Source of the DNA: an uncultured Actinomycetota bacterium | Lineage (GTDB): Bacteria; Actinomycetota; Thermoleophilia; Solirubrobacterales; Solirubrobacteraceae | DNA: 64,000 nt | Assembly (NCBI GenBank): GCA_963812635.1 | Contig: CAWEVV010000007.1 | Span: 54,950 to 118,949 of the forward strand | Direction: 5' to 3' | Shown: positions 53,156-62,556 of the stretch, one piece after another | Layout: each line of letters opens with the position of its first letter | Position numbering within the stretch: the first letter of the stretch is position 1 | Made by a program: the position numbers and the translations under genes | The notes under the pieces: model-generated | The model's input: the letters and a program-made list of their open reading frames with translations, nothing else | What the model was told of the DNA's origin: nothing | Databases searched by the model: none

Positions 53156-53227
53156 CTGGGGAGCCAGGACTTGAACCTGAACTTGGACATCCAAAGTGTC
53201 CCGTGCTGCCGATTACACCACTCCCCA
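53156..53227 (-). tRNA. tRNA-Gln (anticodon TTG)
   Basis: TGGGGAG acceptor, GGACA-CTTTGGA-TGTCC anticodon arm, GGTTCAAGTCC T-arm; CCA not encoded. Confidence 0.97.
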
Positions 53228-53314
53228 GTGCACGCCAGTGACGTCAACAAGCCTAACCCACGTGCCACTGTGCGACGGGCGGCGGCGCGCTCGCCGTGCG
53301 GTACTGTGTCCGCG

Positions 53315-53557
53315 ATGGATGACGATCGGATACACGGCCGGATCGAGCAGCTCGTCGCGGAGGAGCACGACCTGTGGAACCGGGAATCCTCGGGGCAGGC
53401 GAGCGACGACGACCGGCAGCGGCTGGAGTCGGTCCGGGTCTCGTTGGACCAGTGCTGGGACCTGCTGCGCCAGCGGCGGGCGTTTCGCGAGGAGGGTGGG
53501 AATCCCGACGATGCGACCGCCCGCAGCGAGGGCGTCGTCGAGAACTATCAGCAGTAG
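53315..53557 (+). CDS. DUF2630 family protein
   Basis: IEQLVAEEH, LDQCWDLLRQRRA, VENY; TACTGT -10 just upstream (probably leaderless). Confidence 0.9.
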   Translation: MDDDRIHGRIEQLVAEEHDLWNRESSGQASDDDRQRLESVRVSLDQCWDLLRQRRAFREEGGNPDDATARSEGVVENYQQ

Positions 53558-53575
53558 TCCGACGGCGCTGCCCTG

Positions 53576-53926
53576 GTGGCCTCCTACTCGGTCAATCAGG
53601 CAGCGGTGGAGCGCGCCCGTGAGCTGATCCGCGCGCGCCAGTACGTGCTCAACAGCGAGTGGGGTGAGGTCCAACCCGGCGCGAGCGAGCAGAACGAGTA
53701 CCTGAAATCCCACAGCTGGGACGAGTACGGGCAATGGCATCTGGGGCTGACCGACGGCGCGCAGGATGAGACCAAGGCGCGCTACGCCTTCGTCTACGGC
53801 GACTTCCGGCGCGTCCACCGGATGGCGCTGATCGCCTCGGTCTACCGGGCCAGCGAGTGGCGCCACAAGGCGGTCGAGCTGGCCGCGCACGACCTGCTGC
53901 AGCTGCTGGACCGGACCAGCGGCTGA
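53576..53926 (+). CDS. conserved hypothetical protein
   Basis: YGQWHLG...TKARY.F.YGDFRRVHR. Confidence 0.75.
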   Translation: MASYSVNQAAVERARELIRARQYVLNSEWGEVQPGASEQNEYLKSHSWDEYGQWHLGLTDGAQDETKARYAFVYGDFRRVHRMALIASVYRASEWRHKAVELAAHDLLQLLDRTSG

Positions 53927-53980
53927 CGGCGGCGGACCGGCGGCTGACGGCGCCGTCACAGCGGCTGACGCCGCCCAACC
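53919..53980. repeat. 21-bp degenerate repeat x3 at a gene end
   Basis: GCGGCTGACG at 53919, 53940, 53961. Confidence 0.7.
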
Positions 53981-53993
53981 GTCGGCCGAACCT

Positions 53994-54662
53994 CTACCCG
54001 CCGCGCAGGATCAAGGCCAGCTCGTCGTCCAGCAACGGATCCGACAGGGCAGCTCGGACGTCGGCGCTCCGCCGCAGCCCTCGCTCGGCCCGGAGCGCGC
54101 CCACCTCCAGCCCCGCCTGCTGGGCGGCGGTGAGCGCCAAACCCATCGCGTCCGGGCCGCCCCACGCGTCCTCGGGCAATCCCAACAGCCACGGCGCGGG
54201 TCGGTCGAGCGCGAGCAGGTAGAACCCGCCGTCGAACACGGGCCCGACCGATACGTCGCAGCCCTCGGCCAGGTCTTCCAGCGCGCCCCGGGCGTGCTCG
54301 GGCCGCCACCGAGGCAGATCGGGCCAGACGATCAACACGGGACCTCCCCCGCCCTCGAACACGTGGGCCGCGGCAGCGGCCACCCGCGCCGAGGCGTCGG
54401 CGCCACGCTGCGGGAACAGCGCCGCCTGCTCGCCGACCAACCCAACCAACGAACGCTCTGCGCCGGCGGGCTCGTAGGCCACATGGACCCGGCCGGGGGC
54501 GACGCTCTCCGCCCAGCTCGCCGCTCGCCGGATCAGGACTCGCTCCAGCTGCGCGCACCGCTGGGCTCCCAGCAGCGCCTCGAGCTCGGGTCGGACGGCG
54601 CCAGCATCCGGCGTCCGGGCGATCAGCAGCACCCGCGGCGACCCGGCCAACTGCCGGCTCAC
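53994..54662 (-). CDS. DUF2064 / CofC-like nucleotidyltransferase-fold protein
   Basis: LIARTP, PQRGAD, DLP, GPVFDGGFYLL. Confidence 0.8.
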   Translation of the reverse strand: MSRQLAGSPRVLLIARTPDAGAVRPELEALLGAQRCAQLERVLIRRAASWAESVAPGRVHVAYEPAGAERSLVGLVGEQAALFPQRGADASARVAAAAAHVFEGGGGPVLIVWPDLPRWRPEHARGALEDLAEGCDVSVGPVFDGGFYLLALDRPAPWLLGLPEDAWGGPDAMGLALTAAQQAGLEVGALRAERGLRRSADVRAALSDPLLDDELALILRGG

Positions 54663-55462
54663 GCCTGCTCGAAGCGAAACATGGTGCCGGCCGGGGCGGG
54701 CGCTCCGCCGGCCAGCCGCCCCACCGCAACGGTCAAGACGTCGGCGAACACCGAGCTGCTCCTCCCCATCAGATCGCTCAACGTCGCCAGCGGCGTCGGC
54801 TCGCCCGGTACGACCTCGTTGGCGTAATCGGTCACGAAGCCGACCAGCGCGAACGGCAGCTCCAGCTCACCGCAGAGCACGGCCTCCGGCCCTGCGGTCT
54901 GGCTGACGGCAACGACGCCCGAGGACGCCAGCTCGGCGATCTCGGCTGGCGTGTTGAAGCGAGGTCCATCGACGTGGCCGTAGACACCCCCGTCGCGCGC
55001 CGGATGGCCGGCCTGCGACGCGGCGGTCAGCAACGTGGCCCGGAGGTCCTCGGAGAACGGGCCGCCGTGGAGGATCCAGTGCCCGCGCGCCGGGTCCCCG
55101 GCCTCGGTGAAGAACGTGCACAGCGATCCGTCGGCAAGGCGATTAGACGGGAAGTGGAGGTCGTCGAACACGACCAGTGAGCCCAGCGCCAGCGTTGCAT
55201 CGACGGCGCCGCACGCGGTGCAGCCGATGACCGCGGTCGCCTCGAGCTCGTTCAGGGCCCAGATGTTCGCCTGGTGGGAGACCTGGTTGGACAGGCGGGC
55301 GTGTCTTGGGCCGTGGCGAGAGACGTGGACGACGTCGACGTCGGCGAGGCGTCCGGCGGAGACCTGGGCTGGGCCAAACGGGGTGTCCAGGGCGAGCGTC
55401 TCGGCGATGGCCAGACCCGGCAGCGAATGGGTGCCCGATCCGGTGATGATCCCGATCGACAT
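54659..55462 (-). CDS. MTAP-family purine nucleoside phosphorylase
   Basis: GIITGSG, TPFG, RHG, ANIWAL, DGPRFNT.AE, VTDYAN. Confidence 0.9.
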   Translation of the reverse strand: MSIGIITGSGTHSLPGLAIAETLALDTPFGPAQVSAGRLADVDVVHVSRHGPRHARLSNQVSHQANIWALNELEATAVIGCTACGAVDATLALGSLVVFDDLHFPSNRLADGSLCTFFTEAGDPARGHWILHGGPFSEDLRATLLTAASQAGHPARDGGVYGHVDGPRFNTPAEIAELASSGVVAVSQTAGPEAVLCGELELPFALVGFVTDYANEVVPGEPTPLATLSDLMGRSSSVFADVLTVAVGRLAGGAPAPAGTMFRFEQA

Positions 55463-55508
55463 CGGCGGCGATGCTACTGCGGCGCGGCTCGCGTGCCGAT
55501 AATCATCC

Positions 55509-56150
55509 GTGATGGATCAAGGACGAACCTCGCCCCGGCGCCCGGACTCCTGGCGCCGAAATCTGCTCGCGCTCTCGCCGCTCACGCTGGCGCTGGCCGC
55601 GGTGGTGCTGATCGCTGCCGATTCGAGCTACCGGCTGGCCGGTAACTCGTTCTTTCCCGGCGGGCCGCTGGACGGGATCGCGCACCTGCTGACGACGCTG
55701 CTCGTGTTCTGGGCGCTTTGGCCGCGAGCCCCCAAGCGGTTTCTGGTGCCGGCGCTGATCGCTTCGGTGGCGATCGACCTCGATCACGTCCCGGGCGAAC
55801 TCGGCGCCACCTTCCTCACCGCCGGAACGCCACGGCCGTACACGCACTCCTTGCTCACTATCGTGATCGTGCTCGCGATCGCCTGGCGGTGGCGCCGGCA
55901 GCGCGACGTGCTGCTCGGGGTGGCGATCGGCCTGGCGCTCCACTTCTTTCGCGATCTCGCCGAAGGTGGAAGCGGCGTCTCGCTGCTCTTGCCGGTTTCC
56001 CGTCACTCGTTTCACTACCCCCACGGCGTCTACCTCGCCATCATGGCCGCGGTTGTGCTGTTCGACGCGGCGCGCTGCGCGAGGGGCGAGGCGGCTAGCG
56101 ATCGAAGGAACACAGCGCGGGGGCAGGCCTTGCCTTCAGAGCAGTCCTGA
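55509..56150 (+). CDS. membrane-bound metal-dependent hydrolase (YdjM-like)
   Basis: IDLDH, RPYTHSL, HFFRD, G..LL.P. Confidence 0.75.
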   Translation: MMDQGRTSPRRPDSWRRNLLALSPLTLALAAVVLIAADSSYRLAGNSFFPGGPLDGIAHLLTTLLVFWALWPRAPKRFLVPALIASVAIDLDHVPGELGATFLTAGTPRPYTHSLLTIVIVLAIAWRWRRQRDVLLGVAIGLALHFFRDLAEGGSGVSLLLPVSRHSFHYPHGVYLAIMAAVVLFDAARCARGEAASDRRNTARGQALPSEQS

Positions 56151-56307
56151 GAGCTCTCAAAGAGGTTTGACGCTAGACAGCGGAGCCTCAAGTTTTCGTC
56201 TATCCCGCCGATGATTCATGTGGGCGCCATCGCAAGCGCAACGAAGCTGCGGCAGTCCACGACCCCGACGTCGGGGGTCGCCAGTCACCCGCTACCGAGA
56301 CCCTGCC

Positions 56308-57321
56308 ATGAATGCACCGACAATCGAGCTGGACCCGGAGGCAACACCCGTTGAAGCGATCGAGTCATCAGAGCGGTCAAGCGTGCGTGTGCCGCCTCGG
56401 GTAAGCGTCGTCACCTGCGCATACACCGCCGAGCGCTGGGACGCGCTGGTCGCTGCCGTGACGTCAGCCCAGGCGCAGGATCCCTCGCCGTTCGAGGTTG
56501 TGGTCGTGATTGACCACAACGACGAGTTGCTCGGCCGGGCGATTTCAGAATTGGCGGGCGCGCGAGTCCTCGCGAACGAGGCGGGCATTGGCCTCTCGGG
56601 TGCTCGGAATACGGGCGTCCGTCACGCAACAGGAGAGATCGTCGCGTTTCTCGACGACGATGCGCGCGCACAGCCCGGCTGGTTGCGCGCGCTCGCGCGC
56701 GCCTTCGAGGATCAAACTGTGATCGGCGCTGGCGGGATCGCGGTCCCGATGTGGGACTCGCTCGCACCATCTTGGCTCCCGCCCGAGTTCCTCTGGGTGG
56801 TTGGATGCTCGTACCGCGGCCTGCCGTCAACGGCGGAGGAGATCCGCAACCCGATCGGCGCCAATATGGCCTTCCGCAGGGCGGTTCTGGAACGCGTCGA
56901 CGGATTCACGGACGGAATCGGGCGCGTCGGCCGGAGACCCCTTGGTTGCGAGGAGACCGACCTCTCGATCCGAGCCCGCGCTGCCACCGCCGGTCGCATC
57001 GTCCACATGCCCGACGCCAAGGTTGACCATCGCGTGAGCCCCGACCGGACACGCTGGCGCTACTTCCGCCGGCGTTGCTGGGCAGAGGGCCTGTCGAAGG
57101 CGGTTGTCTCTCAGAGAGTCGGCCGCGACGCAGCACTGGAGAGCGAACGCACCTATGTGATGCAGACCCTGCCGAGCGGGGTCTGGCACGGTCTCATCGA
57201 CGCAGTCCGGGGAGATCATTCGGGGATCGCGCGGTCTGGGGCGATCGTGATCGGGCTGACGATCACCGCGGCTGGCTACCTGGTTGGTCTCTTCACCGCG
57301 AACTCCAAGGGCGTTGCATGA
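56308..57321 (+). CDS. glycosyltransferase family 2
   Basis: SVVTCAYT, GLSGARN, FLDDDA, GANM, CEET. Confidence 0.92.
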   Translation: MNAPTIELDPEATPVEAIESSERSSVRVPPRVSVVTCAYTAERWDALVAAVTSAQAQDPSPFEVVVVIDHNDELLGRAISELAGARVLANEAGIGLSGARNTGVRHATGEIVAFLDDDARAQPGWLRALARAFEDQTVIGAGGIAVPMWDSLAPSWLPPEFLWVVGCSYRGLPSTAEEIRNPIGANMAFRRAVLERVDGFTDGIGRVGRRPLGCEETDLSIRARAATAGRIVHMPDAKVDHRVSPDRTRWRYFRRRCWAEGLSKAVVSQRVGRDAALESERTYVMQTLPSGVWHGLIDAVRGDHSGIARSGAIVIGLTITAAGYLVGLFTANSKGVA

Positions 57322-58100
57322 GGCAGCTGATCCCGATCCTGCTGTACCACAGTGTCTCAAACCGCGCGGGCGACCCGTTTGCCGTTGCTCCCGAGCGGTT
57401 TGCGAATCATGTCGAGGTGATCGCTGCCAGCGGTCGCACAGCACTGACGATGACCGAGATCGCGGAGGGGATACTCGGGCTCCGGCGGCTCCCGGAGCAG
57501 GCCATGGGGATTACTTTTGATGACGGCTTCGGTGACACTGTCGAAGCTGTTGAGTTATTGATGCGCCACGGTCTGCGATCGACGGTGTACGTGACGACGG
57601 GACATGTCGGCACAGAGGACATGATCACCGAACGTCAGCTTGAAGGATTGGCCTGTCGGCTTGACGGCGTTGAGCTCGGCGCACATACGGTTACGCACCC
57701 CCGCCTGGACGAGCTGCCCCTGTCGGCGGTCGAGGGCGAGGTTCGCGCGAGCAAGGCCGCTCTGGAGCAAATGATCGGTCGTCCCGTCGCTTCGTTCGCA
57801 TATCCGCACGGCGCCCATGACGCGCGCGTCCGTGAGCTTGTTGTCGAATCGGGCTATCGGTCGGCTGCCGCCGTCAAGAACGCGATCTCTCACAGCGGGG
57901 ACGACCCGTGGGCAATAGCTCGGTGGACGGTGCGAAGCACGACTGGGAGTGGCGACATCGACGAGCTCCTGATGGGTCGCGCGGCTCCGCTGGCGTGGCG
58001 AGGAGAGCGCCTGCGGACGAAGACACACCGGAGCGTGCGACGCGTGCGGCGCAGACTTCGGCTCGAGGCCTCTGCGCGACCAACGAAAGCCATTCCGTGA
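57318..58100 (+). CDS. polysaccharide deacetylase (IcaB-like CE4)
   Basis: PILLYH, TFDDG, GAHTVTH, FAYPHG. Confidence 0.9.
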   Translation: MRQLIPILLYHSVSNRAGDPFAVAPERFANHVEVIAASGRTALTMTEIAEGILGLRRLPEQAMGITFDDGFGDTVEAVELLMRHGLRSTVYVTTGHVGTEDMITERQLEGLACRLDGVELGAHTVTHPRLDELPLSAVEGEVRASKAALEQMIGRPVASFAYPHGAHDARVRELVVESGYRSAAAVKNAISHSGDDPWAIARWTVRSTTGSGDIDELLMGRAAPLAWRGERLRTKTHRSVRRVRRRLRLEASARPTKAIP

Positions 58101-60436
58101 CTCTCTCCGAGGCCACGAACGGCAACCGCACCCCGGTCGACGCTGGACTTTTCTCCGTCGTGGTCACGACGTGTGCCGATGCGACGGCCGCGGTTCGCTG
58201 CGTGCAGACGATCCGAGGCCACGCGCGGAGTCCGGTAGAGGTGATCGTCGTGGAGAATCGGCCGGCGGCATCGAACGTGCGCGACGCACTCGCTGATGCG
58301 TTCCAAGACTCGACTGTCCGATACGTCGAGGAGCCCACTCCCGGTCTCTCGCGTGCGCGCAACGCCGGCCTCGCCGCAGCGAGCGGACCGATGGTGGCAT
58401 TTGTTGACGACGACGTCGTCGTGGACGAATGCTGGCTGGACGCGCTCCGCGCTGCGTTCGCCGCGCAGCCCGACGCCACATGCGTGACGGGGCAGATCGA
58501 GCCCTTGGAGCTGGGCACTCAGGCCCAATCCCTGCTCGAGCAGTATGCGACCTTCGGGAAGGGGTCGACGCGCCGCGTGTTTGCGCTCGACAACCCGCCC
58601 GATGATGTCCCGCTGTTCCCGTACACCGCCGGTCACTTCGGCTCCGGCGCCAACATGGCGTTCAGGCGGGAAGCATTGCTCGAACTGGGTGGTTTCGATC
58701 CGTGCCTCGGCGCCGGCACCCCGGCGAAGGGCGCGGAAGACATGGATATCTGCATACGCCTGATCCTCAGTGGCCAGACACTCGTCTACGAGCCTCGCGC
58801 AATCGTCCGGCATAGGCATCTGGACACCATGCGCCTGCTTCGCGGAAAGGTCTTTAGCTACGGCATCGGGCTCGGCGCCCTGATCGCCAAGCATCTGACC
58901 TCTGGGCCGGATCGCTCTCGACTGCTCCGGCTCATCCCGGGGGGGATTTCCTATCTACTCAGCCCCCGGTCGCGGAAGAATGCCGCGAAGGCCACCGGCT
59001 ACCCCCGGCAGCTGAATTTGATCGAATGGATGGGTCTGCTCAGCGGTCCGCTTGCCTATACGCGCAGCAGGCGGTCGGAGGTGACCAGCCAAGGGGCGCC
59101 ATCATCGAGGGAGCGTGCCGCTGACGCACCAGAGGCGTCGATGCGTCGTGTTTGGAGCGGCGAGCTCGAGCTGTCGAATCCGGTCCCCGAGATCAAGCCC
59201 CCGCTCACCGAGTCAGGGGCCGCTTTTGACGAGGCGCGGCTGTTGATCCGCGTGCTGGGTGAGCCGATCGGGTTCATGGAGGCGCCGTTGTCGTCTGGGG
59301 GAGTGGATCTCCACCAAGTCGTAGAGAAGATGGATCCGGATCTCGGCGAGCGCCTCGAGCGTCAGCTGGCCTCGAGCGGCCTGCCGCCACTCGGAGAGAT
59401 CGCTGCCGGTCGCCGGCGCGGCGGGACGAGCGCCCCAGACTGGATCGCTGAATCAGACGGGCCATTGGTCACTGTGATCGTGTGCACGCGTAACCGAGCT
59501 CAGGGACTGCTCCGCTGCCTGCACTCGATCCGATGCCTGCGCTACTCCAACCTCGAGATCCTCGTCGTCGACAACGCGCCGGCGGATGACAGCACGATGG
59601 ACGCTGTCCTCCAAGCTGCCGGCGAGGACGCCCGCCTGCGCTACGTACGTGAAACGCGACCCGGGCTGTCGGTCGCGCGAAACCGGGGGCTCCGCGAGGC
59701 CCGCGGTGAGTTGATCGCGTACACCGACGACGACGTGCGCGTTGACCCGTTGTGGGTGGATGCAATCCTGCGAGGGTTCCGCCGACGCGCTGACGTCGGT
59801 TGCGTCACCGGGCTCGTGGCGAGTGCGTCACTGGAGCGACGGGCCGAGCAGTACTTCGACGCTCGGGTTGGATGGTCGTCGAGCTGCGAGCAGCGGCTGT
59901 TCGAAGCGAAGGCATCGCGAGCCGATTCACGTCTCCATCCCTATGCGCCCGGAGTGTTCGGGACCGGCGCGAACGTCGCGTTTGAGAGTGATGCGATCCG
60001 GGCCCTCGGCGGGTTCGACGAGAGCCTCGGTGCTGGATCGCCCACGTGCGGAGGCGAAGACCTCGACGCTTTCGTTCGTCTACTGCGGTCCGGTCAGACG
60101 CTCAGCTATGAGCCTGCTGCACTCGTATGGCACGAACACCGAGTCAGCGAGACAGACCTCCAAAAGCAGATGTACGCCTATGGCAAGGGCCTCTCGGCGT
60201 ATCTCTGCAAGTTTCTCTTCGCGCGCGGCTCTGGCCTTGATGTCGCGCGGCGGCTTGTCGTCGGCGTCTTGCACGCGGGCCGGCTAGCACGGCGCTCCCG
60301 GACTGCCGCCAACCGCTCCGGCGTTGCTCGGGGCCTCCTCACCGCGGAACTCCGCGGGTGGCTCGCCGGACCGTGGGCGTATCTCCGGGCGCGGTCGCGG
60401 CAGGATCGCGCCCACGTTCGGGCGGTCGCACCGTGA
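58097..60436 (+). CDS. tandem GT2-GT2 glycosyltransferase
   Basis: Two GT-A domains: FVDDDV..GAED and YTDDDV..GGED. Confidence 0.9.
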   Translation: MTLSEATNGNRTPVDAGLFSVVVTTCADATAAVRCVQTIRGHARSPVEVIVVENRPAASNVRDALADAFQDSTVRYVEEPTPGLSRARNAGLAAASGPMVAFVDDDVVVDECWLDALRAAFAAQPDATCVTGQIEPLELGTQAQSLLEQYATFGKGSTRRVFALDNPPDDVPLFPYTAGHFGSGANMAFRREALLELGGFDPCLGAGTPAKGAEDMDICIRLILSGQTLVYEPRAIVRHRHLDTMRLLRGKVFSYGIGLGALIAKHLTSGPDRSRLLRLIPGGISYLLSPRSRKNAAKATGYPRQLNLIEWMGLLSGPLAYTRSRRSEVTSQGAPSSRERAADAPEASMRRVWSGELELSNPVPEIKPPLTESGAAFDEARLLIRVLGEPIGFMEAPLSSGGVDLHQVVEKMDPDLGERLERQLASSGLPPLGEIAAGRRRGGTSAPDWIAESDGPLVTVIVCTRNRAQGLLRCLHSIRCLRYSNLEILVVDNAPADDSTMDAVLQAAGEDARLRYVRETRPGLSVARNRGLREARGELIAYTDDDVRVDPLWVDAILRGFRRRADVGCVTGLVASASLERRAEQYFDARVGWSSSCEQRLFEAKASRADSRLHPYAPGVFGTGANVAFESDAIRALGGFDESLGAGSPTCGGEDLDAFVRLLRSGQTLSYEPAALVWHEHRVSETDLQKQMYAYGKGLSAYLCKFLFARGSGLDVARRLVVGVLHAGRLARRSRTAANRSGVARGLLTAELRGWLAGPWAYLRARSRQDRAHVRAVAP

Positions 60437-62190
60437 AGATGCTCCTTGAAACAGATGCGAGTGCCTCGCTCGGAGAACCATTCGCCGACGTCCCCAGTCG
60501 CGCTTTGAAGCCCCCCGCATCGGATGCGCCTGCAACGAGCGCTCCGGAAGAAACCGCGACCGAGATTCAGGCGCAGACCTCCGACACGATGAGAGGCCTG
60601 TTTGGCCGTGACTCCTTGTACGTATTGATGTGGGGCATACAGCTCGGCATCGCCGCGCTTTCCACGCCAATCATCACGCGCTTGCTGGGGGTGTCCGAGT
60701 TTGGCGTTGTCGCCGCGACGCTCGCAGTCGGACAGGTTGTGGTCGCACTGGCCAGCTTCAGCCTCCAGTCTGCGGTGCAGCGAATGTTCGCGACCGGCGA
60801 CCAAGACCGAAACGCGCGCGCCATTGTCACCCTCGCGGCAATTTTGGGGCTTGGTACATGGGCGTTGATTGACGCGACCGGACCATTCTGGTCTGAGGCG
60901 CTCGGAGTCGGTAGGTATGGCACCACGCTGCAATACGGGGTCGCATGGGCCGCGCTCTGGGCAGTCACCAATGCCGCACTCGGGCTCATACGCAGTCAGG
61001 ACAAGCTGCTTGCGTTCGGGCTCGTCACCTTATTGCAGTCCGTGTTAGCTGAGGTGCTCAGCCTGGTGATGGTCGCGTTCGTGCACCGCACAGCGTCTGA
61101 ATACGTGCTTGGCCACCTGATTGCCCAGTCCGCGGCGTTGTGCGTCGCGTTGATCGTCGCTCGTCCCGCGGCGCTTCGGCGCCGTGACCTGCCGATGCTC
61201 GCCGGAGCCATCAGTTATTCAGTCGGCCTGGTCCCGGCGGCGTTGGCGACGTTCGTCCTTGACACGTCGGACAGGCTGATAGTCAAAGCCGATCTGGGAC
61301 CGGCCGCTGTCGCACGTTACGCGGTTGCGTACAACGTGGCCAGCCTCACGATGATCCTGCTCTACGTGCTCAACACCGCCTGGATGCCAAGAGTCTTTGC
61401 GCTTGCCGATACCAAGGTCCGCACGTCAGTCCTCGCCGAATCCCGGGACCGTCTGTACGCGCTGCTGATCCCGGTCGTGGTGGGGTTGTGCGCGGCATCT
61501 CCGATCATCCTGACCATCTGGGTCCCCCCCGACTACCACGCCGACGGCCTGCTTTTGATCGTGGCGATCGTGGCGATCACCGCTTTTCCCTACGCGGGAA
61601 CGATGGCTGCAATTCGGGTACTGCTGCTCTCTGGGAACACGTTCGCCGTCGGTGTCTCAACGGCCGTCGCGGCCCTCGCCAACGTTGGACTCAACGTCTA
61701 CCTCGTGCCCAAACTCGGGATCGTCGGCGCGAGCCTGGCGACTTTGTGTAGCTACGGGGTGCTGTTCGGATTGCTGTCGGCCCGGTCGCGGCGGATCTTG
61801 CGACTTCCGAGGCCACCGGCTGCGCTGATCGCGAAGATTCTCGCGGCGGTGGCGATCAGCCTGGTGTCCACGCAGCTGCCGACTAGCCCGGCGGCGCTGG
61901 CGATCCGTGCGTTCGTCGCGCTCAGCGGACTGGTCGTCTTCGTCGCAATGCTCACAAACCTGATCACCCCATCCCGTCACGCTGTGGCTCGCCGAGTCGC
62001 CACCCTCCTGCATTGGCCACCGCAAGCTGATGGACAGCTGTCGCCAGTCATCGCCGCCCCACCGCCAACCCCCCATGCGTATCTACGGCTCAGGATTGCG
62101 GCACCTCGAGCTCGCCGTAGTCGTTGTGGACGCCCTACTGGGGTGACGCTGGGCTCCCGCGCCAACGCCGCTCGCCAAGACCGCCCGTAG
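60433..62190 (+). CDS. Wzx-like polysaccharide flippase (MOP superfamily)
   Basis: TRLLG.SEFG, DRLIV..LG...YAVAY, LNVYLVPKLGIVGASLAT. Confidence 0.88.
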   Translation: MKMLLETDASASLGEPFADVPSRALKPPASDAPATSAPEETATEIQAQTSDTMRGLFGRDSLYVLMWGIQLGIAALSTPIITRLLGVSEFGVVAATLAVGQVVVALASFSLQSAVQRMFATGDQDRNARAIVTLAAILGLGTWALIDATGPFWSEALGVGRYGTTLQYGVAWAALWAVTNAALGLIRSQDKLLAFGLVTLLQSVLAEVLSLVMVAFVHRTASEYVLGHLIAQSAALCVALIVARPAALRRRDLPMLAGAISYSVGLVPAALATFVLDTSDRLIVKADLGPAAVARYAVAYNVASLTMILLYVLNTAWMPRVFALADTKVRTSVLAESRDRLYALLIPVVVGLCAASPIILTIWVPPDYHADGLLLIVAIVAITAFPYAGTMAAIRVLLLSGNTFAVGVSTAVAALANVGLNVYLVPKLGIVGASLATLCSYGVLFGLLSARSRRILRLPRPPAALIAKILAAVAISLVSTQLPTSPAALAIRAFVALSGLVVFVAMLTNLITPSRHAVARRVATLLHWPPQADGQLSPVIAAPPPTPHAYLRLRIAAPRARRSRCGRPTGVTLGSRANAARQDRP

Positions 62191-62307
62191 CCGCGCCAGG
62201 CGAACGAAAAAACTTCGACGTGCCGCTTAAGGATCCCGTGCGGCCTGTCGATGATCTTTGTGAGGGGTACTCCCTCGGGGCCTGACTCGACTTCTGGACG
62301 GTTTGAC

Positions 62308-62556
62308 ATGGACCTGCAAAACACTGCTGGGGCTACGCGCCGCAGCGCCGGCAGAAAGCCCACGACCAGCGTTGGCATACCCACGCTGAACGAGGCCGTG
62401 AACTTGGCCGGGCGAGCGCGTGCCATCGAACACCACACCGGCCTGTCGGCGGCGCCGATTGGGCAGGAGCTGCGCGGTTTGCCGACGGGACCGGGCCCAT
62501 ACCTGCGTCTGCGCGGGATGCGCCGACGCAGCCAGGTCCGCGAGGCCGCTCGATGA
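62308..62556 (+). pseudogene. remnant of a GT2 glycosyltransferase
   Basis: TSVGIPTLNEAVNL matches the GT2 N-terminal motif, but the ORF is only 82 aa; stop overlaps the next ATG. Confidence 0.55.

Noticed and set aside
53156-53227. Prophage/ICE or intron at tRNA-Gln
   Set aside because: The tRNA is intact and uninterrupted; no att repeat or recombinase; only the HNH gene is inserted
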